Source of the DNA: Methanosphaera stadtmanae DSM 3091
GTDB lineage: Archaea > Methanobacteriota > Methanobacteria > Methanobacteriales > Methanobacteriaceae
Direction: 5' to 3'
Assembly: GCF_000012545.1 (NCBI RefSeq)
Contig: NC_007681.1
Location: forward strand, 1,020,001 to 1,052,000
Length of the DNA: 32,000 nucleotides
The notes under the pieces were generated by a model that saw only the letters and a list, made by a program, of their open reading frames with translations, did not search any database and had not been told where the DNA came from. Positions 20,001 through 25,650 of this stretch are shown one piece after another; within the stretch, counting starts at the first letter, position 1, and each line of letters begins with the position of its first letter. A program made the translations under genes and the position numbers.

Positions 20001-20165
20001 ATTGACTATTACTTTTTCTTTATTATCTATTGTTTGTGATGTTGTCGTGTCTATTGTTTGTTTTTCTATTGAAGTGGTAGTTGTTGTGTCTGTTGCTGTT
20101 ATTGTTGAAAGTCCAAGTATTAATACTATTAACAGTATTGAAGATAGTAGTATTTTATTCTTCAT
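14052..20165 (-). CDS. ALP-B: giant secreted Asn/Thr-rich adhesin-like protein (2037 aa), paralog of ALP-A
   Basis: Uninterrupted 6.1-kb ORF. The N-terminal ~640 aa and C-terminal ~330 aa are almost identical to ALP-A, and the central part alternates conserved and divergent blocks. It has the same signal peptide, beta-helix cap, Pmp-like repeats and Ig-like C-terminal repeats. Confidence 0.88.
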   Translation of the reverse strand: MKNKILLSSILLIVLILGLSTITATDTTTTTSIEKQTIDTTTSQTIDNKEKVIVNDNKEVKSNIKDTKTEITPKKEIKTKEITTQNQKNKEEIKTLKKESEINYYVSNDKGSDTNDGSIDKPYKTINQAITQTTKDNIYNIHISTGTYTGVGNTNLTVNGDYKINFIGDGINKTIIDGEVNYTIGGASVWGDDSYFNSYIITKGNWGMNITKGTGIITIKNMNIQHMLSNGTGGGSSISLYPTATVDNYGNLEVDNVYFFENLAGVGAGIRSNNGSTLLVNNSIFEGNRKGSSTGNYGAGIYNNGTAIVLNSQFIGNIARWGTITNDKIIDIINCTIKDGKAYNAASTFKFGSGIASNTGGSDYFNPYGISGLVTNVINSTFINNQQTDIYQSEGNLYVDNCIFNKSTGIYVTGKDNATLKNEIYNSSFNDMQPSSLFGSLSVTTGTTFAIYSTVNRNTTIKGNIINFTTNGYGMYLKGNTTVTNNTITKYIAITGDNNNITNNIIKTNDIYSITLNRNSKNNTIINNTIYSQVFTGDKAISSNNNNNIIKDNIPETGIYINLTNNNYNTYFDDKGIIRTDVVENGSIITITGNITNKDLTFSNIKAFLSSKKNIYIQNGSISIINNASLIINNTNIINNNKVGLLIDSDNNLITYNNIMIDSNKPIEAIIIKKDNNNLEKNVINITSTTNNTGISIESSYNYLLSNKINTTTISKITDTTIIGLNLKSNTNNNILSGNRILMMSNINAIGEKLIKSDNNIINDNIYVYASENAKGVELINSQNNQINNYINIISNNTGYGTIITGEKALNKNNTISNNIDITADTIIGTLLENTTNTNISSRSTSMNYVTRGNTVRTILTKNTNNTEIFYLSIHITKEISDKMPDLIGIEQINSENTNITAIGMQKYISSGSYVNYNSTFLKLVNTTNTYLGSRNNVSSANINIVNIAIILENSDNNIIDNITINTNTDYTINLTNSNNNTIINNYLNGNNFYGGDSAVIQTNSQNNIIQNNTPNVIILTNDNYNQYFINQTWIINKTVELILGSDIYNKNMTFNNAITLKNPRKYTIYNGTITINSTETSNLNILKLNITDDRKTVINVMAGTLNINNANITQINNENQAQTIYVNTNSKVNIMNINITLNAPEINSEDNTKVSTAAYSEGSLTIYRGNITVNTTKTVQNGKIIAMINIGSIYLSNITMNSENNAIAFIKNIFNDTAVSNIGSNNFNLYSKNQTIGIISENHTSLRDNNITLNSPYTTGIIQTKGYLTLENNKIITNGTNNTPLYLKNYISSFIETRINENIFISNNNTQNIIENRSVINITNNIIKVENQSKTHLIIIENSNNIRIIGNYLETSDLKGNNAVKVINSTNITMSFNRPGVLITNENYNQYFTNQTLNSDITIIEFGSDLINKSMIFNHPVIIENPNNYTVYNGTIIFTKNATNSNMTGINIHNTDDRQTSLEIYSNSINIIKNTLYQENTNNPAKTIIVNNTGSVGFSRNNITTIGKNVTIITLNNLKIITSVSNIINGKGSNITAIEVTNSKTAAIIRITTNNITLESENPITAVRFINSKGVRLTNNIVIVKTKNYDTPIIEIINPTINVITNNYIESEDVCGNDAVKKIGTGTASINNNKPTNGNYRTQMNITTLPSELKVGKTYPITINVTSMLDKPVNGTVILNIGDKETNLTLTDGIATYNYTPTKDGETTIKITYNDPTGKYENNTITQSITVNKINAILKVDSVKGIPNTRINIPITLTDEFENPINGTVTVIDQYNNTFAIINVIDGKGTFTKIFRGNFNQNLTFIYDGTETYNTINTTINVDIHKLSTTVIIDPINAQIGDKINLKATVTDEDGNPVTEGRLVFKVNGKTIKDANGNIIYATIKDGVAMIENYTVPANWFKIKSVLNVVYGGTSTYEQTRTNNTIPMNITKKTATMTMTTNTTTAKPGERIKITVKITEKDANVNEGRVLFKVNGKTMRDNEGYIIYHEVKDGLVTITYTIPENARAQDYTFTCVYGNKLYNRNDVNSTITVVKN

Positions 20166-20276
20166 ATTGAATCACGTTCCTCCTATATTTTTTATAAGAA
20201 AAATAATCTAATTTTTCCTTATTTTCATTAAAAATTTCTAATTAAAATAAAATTGATTTTAACTAAAATTTGATTT

Positions 20277-20298
20277 TAACTAAGTTTTATCTTAGTTA
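20277..20298 (-). promoter_or_regulatory. Conserved inverted repeat TAACTAAG-N6-CTTAGTTA in the ALP-B upstream leader
   Basis: AACTAAG at 20278-20284 and CTTAGTT at 20291-20297. Confidence 0.45.
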
Positions 20299-20388
20299 TT
20301 ATTAATTTAAGAAGGATTATATTTAAATTTAATCTAATTAAAGTAATATTAAATAGTTTTAGAAAATAGATATAATTTATTAAATAAA

Positions 20389-20397
20389 GGGGGGGGG
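20389..20397 (-). repeat. Homopolymeric tract G9 (C9 on the coding strand), 223 nt upstream of the ALP-B ATG
   Basis: Counted directly: g at 20389-20397. Confidence 0.95.
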
Positions 20398-20415
20398 AAA
20401 AATATATTGTTTTAT

Positions 20416-20423
20416 TTTATAAA
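20416..20423 (-). promoter_or_regulatory. TATA-like box TTTATAAA, 18 nt from the poly-C tract (candidate ALP-B promoter)
   Basis: Identical to the ALP-A arrangement. Confidence 0.35.
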
Positions 20424-20540
20424 AATATTTCACGTGTTTATTTATAAAATAAAATAATATTTATCATTTCTTTTATTAATAACTCTTATATTTTTTGAAT
20501 TATTAAAATAATTAAATCTTTTTATTGGATAATTTAATCT

Positions 20541-23500
20541 TTAGTTTTTTACAACAACTACTGTACTGTTTACATCGTTTCTATTGTATAATTTGTTTCC
20601 ATATACACATGTGAATGTGTAGTCTTGTGCTCTTGCATTTTCTGGTATTGTGTATGTTATTGTTACTAGTCCATCTTTTACTTCATGGTAAATTATATAT
20701 CCCTCATTGTCTCTCATGGTTTTACCATTTACCTTGAATAGGACACGTCCTTCATTTACATTAGTATCTTTTTCTGTTATTTTCACTGTTATTTTTATTG
20801 TTTGTCCTGGTTTTGCTGTTGTAGTGTTTGTTGTCATTGTCATTGTAGCTGTTTTTTTGGTTATATTCATTGGTATTGTATTGTTTGTTCTTGTTTGTTC
20901 ATATGTGCTAGTTCCACCATAAACTACATTTAGTACTGATTTTATTTTAAACCAGTTTGCTGGTACTGTGTAGTTTTCTATTGTTGCTATTCCATCTTTT
21001 ACTGTTGCATAGATAATATTTCCATTGGTGTCTTTTATTGTTTTTCCATTTATTTTAAATACTACTCGGCCTGTGTTTATTGGATTTCCATATATGTCGT
21101 ATACATGTGCTTTTAAGTTGATAGTATCTCCTACTTGTGCATTTATTGTTTCTAATACTATTTTTGTGTTGATTATTGCTCTTGTATTGTTTTCTAGATA
21201 TGTGTCATAGTTTGTATTTATTGTTCTTGTTCCTGTTTTTGTACTTGTTGTTAGTTTATTGTTTGTTATTGTCGTGTTTTTTATTGAGTTTTCGGTGTTT
21301 ATTGTTAAATCATGTTGTCCTATATCTTTTATTATTATTGTATTGTTGTCTATTTGTGTGTTATGTGAGTTTTGTTGTATTTGTATTCCTGTGTTTGCTG
21401 GTCTTATTTCTTCTACTATATCATTTATTTTTATGTTACTGTTTCCATATAGTATCATTTCATTGTTTATTATTGTATTATCTTCACTGTGTGCTAGTCC
21501 TATTCCCATTGTATAGTTTCCATTTCCAAGTATTGTATTGTTGTTTATTGTTGTATTTGATGTTTGATATATTTCCATTCCATATATTACTGATGAGTTA
21601 AGTTGTATGTTATTGTTTGTGATTGTTATGTTGTTTGTTCTGCCTCCACCCATACTTGTTGTTATTATTCCATATGCTAATGGTTCATTATCATCTGTAA
21701 ATGTTGTTGTATTATAGCATGTTCCTGTTATATTGTTTCCTGTTATTGTACAATTGGTTGCTTTATTTCCCATTTGTATTCCATTAACATATCTGTGTCC
21801 TGTTACATGAATATTGTTATCTTTAATTATTGTATTATTTACACGGTCAAGTGTATTTATTCCATAATTAAATCTTCCTCCTGTTACTGTTACATTGTTG
21901 TTTATTATGAGTATGTTGTTACTTTTTCCTGGTGCTGTTATTCCTTCTATTGTACTGTAGAGGTTATCATCAGGATTTGTACTATTATATACTTTAACAT
22001 TATTTTTTGATATTATATTATTTTCTCCACCAACAGATAATATTCCCTGTGTATTTGCTATAGATGTTCCACTTCCATATGTAATAGTTAATGCTGGACC
22101 ATATACTTTTACTGTATTATTTGATATAAGTATGTTACTTCCACCTGTATTTGCTATTGCTGCTGTTTTACCATTTGTGTTATATGTGTAGATTGTATTG
22201 TTTATTATTTTATTATTGTTTCCTGCTGATTTTATGGTGTATTCAGTTGTATCTGTATTGTTAATTTTCATGTTTTTAATTGTTATATTTACATCATCAA
22301 GTTCAAAGCTTGTATTTGTAAATGTAGCATTTTCACCATTTATTATTATGCCTGGTGTTGTTATGCTTATTTGTCCTTTATTTATGAAGTCTCCTTTAAA
22401 TATGATATTAGTATCTTCATCAACACCTATTAATTCATTGTTAAATATGTAACTCTCATAGTTTTCTGGTGTAATTGTTAAGTATTGGTGTTGTGATAAT
22501 TTAAGTACTAGTATGTTAGTAGTTTTAGATGTTATTGTTGGCTTTGCATAAAGAATAATATTATCAGTTGTGTTTCTTGTAATTTCAGTACTAAGAGTAT
22601 CTTCTATTTTATACAAATTTTTTCCTATATAAAATGCATATTTTGTTTTATTAAGTATATCTTTATCATAACTTTCTGGATTTTTTAATATGATACTACC
22701 ATTTATTTTAGCAGTTTCATTAACAAATACTTTACCAGGATTATTTAATGTAAGATTACTAAATGCTATTGTACAATTATCATAAGAATTATTTTCAATA
22801 ATGGTTCTTGTACTATCATTTGTCACATTTATAAATAATGTATCATTAGCACATAAAACATTTTTAAATGTGTTATTTACAAAGGTAGTATTTAAATTAC
22901 TTCCACCATTTATAAAAACAGATCCTGCAAAACCACTAGCATAACTGTTTGTGAAAGTATTATTTTCTATTAAACAGTTACTATAGATTGTCATGGAAAG
23001 ATCTGCTCCAGAACCAGAATATCTACCATCAAAATAATATTGAGGCATATACTGTGCTTTAACACTACTTATATTATTATCTTTAAAAATACAATTAGTT
23101 AATGTTAAATTTAGAGCATCGTTTCCACCAATTGCAGCTCCACCACTCATAGCCCAAGAACTATTAAATTGAATATAATTATTTTCGAAAATAGTATTAT
23201 TTATAAGAGAATACCCTCCAGCCAAATAAAGAGCTGCTCCATAACAATTACCAATTTCATATTGGTTTGTAACTACACAACTTTTGTTTCTAAAAGTACA
23301 ATTATCTATAGTAGTATGATTGCTTGAAGATATAGATACACCACTACCACCATTAGTGAAAGTAGAATTATATATATTTATAATATTTAATGCATTAACT
23401 GTAATATCTTTATTATTATTATCAAAAAGACTATTAGTAACATTTAAATTAGATGTTCCGTATCTATTAAATATATTTTTAATTATATTCACGGTAAATC

Positions 23501-25100
23501 TACTGTTATTTTTAAAAATACAATTATCTATATTAAAATTCAAGGTAATATCAACTTTAGGGTCTATATGTGAATAAATACATGATATGTTATTATTACT
23601 CATAGTAGTATTAGTAATAGTTAAATTACCATTAGTATATATTACATATACATAACCTATTGATTTAGCACTATTATTAGTTAAAGTAGAATTAATAATA
23701 ATTAAATTACCGCCCTCGTTATGTAATAATCCAGCAGGACCACCCCAATTTCTATCATCATAAATATCAGACATGGTACAATTAATAATAGTTAAATTAC
23801 CATAATTAGATAAGGTAGTATTAAGTATAGAGTTAATAATAGTTAAATTACCATAATTATACCTACTGCCTGATAAAGTAATATTATTTAATGTATAATT
23901 ACCATTATAAGTATCTATATACTTGATAATATCGGTTTTATTAGTAATTATAATACCTTTTCCACTTATTAATGCATTACTACCTAATATGGTATCATCA
24001 CTAATAGTTAAATTACCATTACTATACATAGTTGTATTTAATGTACAATTATTCAAAGTTAAATTACCATTATTTGTTCTTGAAGTTTTTATTTCAAAAT
24101 TATTTAATGTATAATTACCTTTATATGTTTGATAATAATTTATTATGTTTGTTTTATTGGTAATTATAATACCTTTTCCACTTATTAATGCATTACTACC
24201 TAATATGGTATCATCACTAATAGTTAAATTACCATTACTATACATAGTTGTATTTAATGTACAATTATTCAAAGTTAAATTACCTCTATTTTGCATCATC
24301 TTAGCATTTAATGTACAATTATTTAGAGTTAAATTACCATTATTTGTTCTTGAAGTTTTTATTTCAAAATTATTTAATGTATAATTGCCATTATATGTTC
24401 GATAATAATTTATTATGTTTGTTTTATTGGTAATTACAGTTCCTTCTTCAATTAGTGTGTTTTCTTTAATTATACAATTATCATCAATAATTATGTAATT
24501 AGCACGAATACTAGAATCAACAGTACAATTATGTAAAGTTAAATTCTTTGCATATATAAATTTTGTTAATATACTGTCATTAAAAGTAAGATTATAATTA
24601 TACATATTAAATTCAAAATCAATAGTTTGATTATTTCCATTAATTGTTACATCTTTTAGATAAGAACCACAAGAAATCCTCTCCTCGGAACTATAATTTC
24701 CGGGTTCTAAATTAATAATCCATTCATAAGAACTGCTTTTTTGAGATATTTCACTAAAAACCTTTTCTATTTCAGTAAAATTATTCACAGTTTTTTCTAC
24801 TGGTGTTGTTTTTAATGTTTTTGTTTTTAATGTTTTATTAGTTGTTACAACTTCTTTAGTTATGTCTTGTTTAGGAGTAATTTCTTTTTTAGTATCTTTT
24901 ATACTGGACTTTACTTCTTTAGTTATGTCTTGTTTTTCTTTATAATCAGTGTTAGTAGGAGTGTTAGTTGTTGGTGTCTGTTTTTCTATGATATTAGTAG
25001 TTGTTGGTGTTGTTGTATTTGTGTCTGTTGCAGATATAGCTGAAAGTCCTAGTAATAATACTATTAATATTATTGAAGATATTAATATCTTATTCTTCAT
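20541..25100 (-). CDS. ALP-C: giant secreted Asn/Thr-rich adhesin-like protein (1519 aa from ATG 25100). Distinct N-terminal beta-helix region; C-terminal 206 aa shared with ALP-A and ALP-B
   Basis: Uninterrupted 4.6-kb ORF. MKNKILISSIILIVLLLGLSAISATDT is signal-peptide-like and homologous to the A/B start. The track start at 25109 is the GTG within the GTGAT SD-like element. Pmp-like motifs include YGAALYLAGG...NNTIFENN, SGGAAIGG...TNCIFKDN and GFAGSVFINGG...NNTFKN. The C-terminal Ig-like module is near-identical to A and B. Confidence 0.88.
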   Translation of the reverse strand: MKNKILISSIILIVLLLGLSAISATDTNTTTPTTTNIIEKQTPTTNTPTNTDYKEKQDITKEVKSSIKDTKKEITPKQDITKEVVTTNKTLKTKTLKTTPVEKTVNNFTEIEKVFSEISQKSSSYEWIINLEPGNYSSEERISCGSYLKDVTINGNNQTIDFEFNMYNYNLTFNDSILTKFIYAKNLTLHNCTVDSSIRANYIIIDDNCIIKENTLIEEGTVITNKTNIINYYRTYNGNYTLNNFEIKTSRTNNGNLTLNNCTLNAKMMQNRGNLTLNNCTLNTTMYSNGNLTISDDTILGSNALISGKGIIITNKTNIINYYQTYKGNYTLNNFEIKTSRTNNGNLTLNNCTLNTTMYSNGNLTISDDTILGSNALISGKGIIITNKTDIIKYIDTYNGNYTLNNITLSGSRYNYGNLTIINSILNTTLSNYGNLTIINCTMSDIYDDRNWGGPAGLLHNEGGNLIIINSTLTNNSAKSIGYVYVIYTNGNLTITNTTMSNNNISCIYSHIDPKVDITLNFNIDNCIFKNNSRFTVNIIKNIFNRYGTSNLNVTNSLFDNNNKDITVNALNIINIYNSTFTNGGSGVSISSSNHTTIDNCTFRNKSCVVTNQYEIGNCYGAALYLAGGYSLINNTIFENNYIQFNSSWAMSGGAAIGGNDALNLTLTNCIFKDNNISSVKAQYMPQYYFDGRYSGSGADLSMTIYSNCLIENNTFTNSYASGFAGSVFINGGSNLNTTFVNNTFKNVLCANDTLFINVTNDSTRTIIENNSYDNCTIAFSNLTLNNPGKVFVNETAKINGSIILKNPESYDKDILNKTKYAFYIGKNLYKIEDTLSTEITRNTTDNIILYAKPTITSKTTNILVLKLSQHQYLTITPENYESYIFNNELIGVDEDTNIIFKGDFINKGQISITTPGIIINGENATFTNTSFELDDVNITIKNMKINNTDTTEYTIKSAGNNNKIINNTIYTYNTNGKTAAIANTGGSNILISNNTVKVYGPALTITYGSGTSIANTQGILSVGGENNIISKNNVKVYNSTNPDDNLYSTIEGITAPGKSNNILIINNNVTVTGGRFNYGINTLDRVNNTIIKDNNIHVTGHRYVNGIQMGNKATNCTITGNNITGTCYNTTTFTDDNEPLAYGIITTSMGGGRTNNITITNNNIQLNSSVIYGMEIYQTSNTTINNNTILGNGNYTMGIGLAHSEDNTIINNEMILYGNSNIKINDIVEEIRPANTGIQIQQNSHNTQIDNNTIIIKDIGQHDLTINTENSIKNTTITNNKLTTSTKTGTRTINTNYDTYLENNTRAIINTKIVLETINAQVGDTINLKAHVYDIYGNPINTGRVVFKINGKTIKDTNGNIIYATVKDGIATIENYTVPANWFKIKSVLNVVYGGTSTYEQTRTNNTIPMNITKKTATMTMTTNTTTAKPGQTIKITVKITEKDTNVNEGRVLFKVNGKTMRDNEGYIIYHEVKDGLVTITYTIPENARAQDYTFTCVYGNKLYNRNDVNSTVVVVKN
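23944..24429 (-). repeat. In-frame 216-bp (72-aa) tandem repeat inside ALP-C, with a nested 54-bp duplication in one copy
   Basis: 23944-24159 and 24160-24429 align, with the first 126 nt identical. The upper copy carries an extra 54 nt encoding NAKMMQNRGNLTLNNCTL. A degenerate third copy flanks each side. It is also visible as the duplicated antisense ORFs 23923-24114 and 24145-24384. Confidence 0.9.
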
Positions 25101-25141
25101 TTTAATCACTTTTCCTCCATAATTTAAATAAATTTTAAAAT

Positions 25142-25161
25142 AACTAAGATTTATCTTAGTT
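25142..25161 (-). promoter_or_regulatory. Conserved inverted repeat AACTAAG-N6-CTTAGTT in the ALP-C upstream leader
   Basis: AACTAAG at 25142-25148 and CTTAGTT at 25155-25161, 42-61 nt upstream of the ATG. The surrounding sequence has diverged from the A/B copies. Confidence 0.5.
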
Positions 25162-25254
25162 GTTACTTAATTTAAAAATAATTATAATTATATTTAACTA
25201 GATTTAACTAACTAAAATCAATTTCTAAACATACAAATTATAATTCTATTAAAA

Positions 25255-25263
25255 GGGGGGGGG
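25255..25263 (-). repeat. Homopolymeric tract G9 (C9 on the coding strand), 154 nt upstream of the ALP-C ATG
   Basis: Counted directly: g at 25255-25263. Confidence 0.95.
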
Positions 25264-25281
25264 AAAATTCCATTGTTTTTA

Positions 25282-25289
25282 TCTATAAA
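25282..25289 (-). promoter_or_regulatory. TATA-like box TTTATAGA, 18 nt from the poly-C tract (candidate ALP-C promoter)
   Basis: Coding strand reads TATAATTTTTATAGATAAAAACAATGGAATTTT-C9. An ungapped alignment with the A/B distal region gives about 32/46 identical positions and keeps both the box and the 18-nt spacing. Confidence 0.35.
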
Positions 25290-25620
25290 AATTATACTGG
25301 AGTTTATTTTTTAAATAAAACCTTAATTATCTTTACTTTTAAATATATGATTATATAATTATAATTTAATTTATTATGAAAATACATGATGATTTATTTA
25401 ATCCATATTTTTTCTACTGTTTGTTTATTGACATATATATTATATACTTAAAAAAAGAGTGTTCTTATAAGAACTGCAATATTTATTTTAAAGTGGTTTT
25501 CAACAAGATTTTCTTGTTATGTTTATAATTATCTAAAATATGTTGAATATTTTGTATAATATAAATCATGAAAATATACAAATTAATAGAGTAAAATAAG
25601 TCTCATACTCATTAATAAAT

Positions 25621-25628
25621 AAAAAAAA
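25621..25628 (-). terminator. Oligo-T (T8) terminator candidate downstream of pycA
   Basis: A8 on the plus strand, 23-30 nt beyond the pycA stop. Further downstream are the palindrome GTTCTTATAAGAAC (25461-25474) and a T7 run. Confidence 0.4.
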
Positions 25629-25650
25629 GTTAAAAGAAATAAAAAGGGAA

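Larger units (their letters stand above)
20166..20540. repeat. 375-bp ALP-C/ALP-B intergenic unit, near-identical copy of 13679-14051
   Basis: See 13679-14051. It contains a 17-bp tandem duplication, TTGATTTTAACTAA at 20253-20266 and 20270-20283. Confidence 0.9.

Noticed and set aside
7947-24384. Many plus-strand ORFs inside the three ALP genes, for example 9870-10454 (194 aa), 10752-11075, 13383-13724, 15403-15732, 21176-21601 and 23923-24384
   Set aside because: They are antisense shadows. The ALP coding strand is dominated by AAT/ACT/ATT-type codons, whose complements rarely form stops. The resulting peptides are low-complexity F/V/I/L strings with no start context, and the duplicated ones simply mirror the repeats of the real genes.
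7781-25109. Periodic repeats inside the ALP region as a possible CRISPR array, a diversity-generating retroelement or a mobile element
   Set aside because: The repeats are in-frame coding repeats of long uninterrupted ORFs, not short repeats with unique spacers. No cas genes, reverse transcriptase, template repeat, transposase, integrase or terminal repeats occur in the window.
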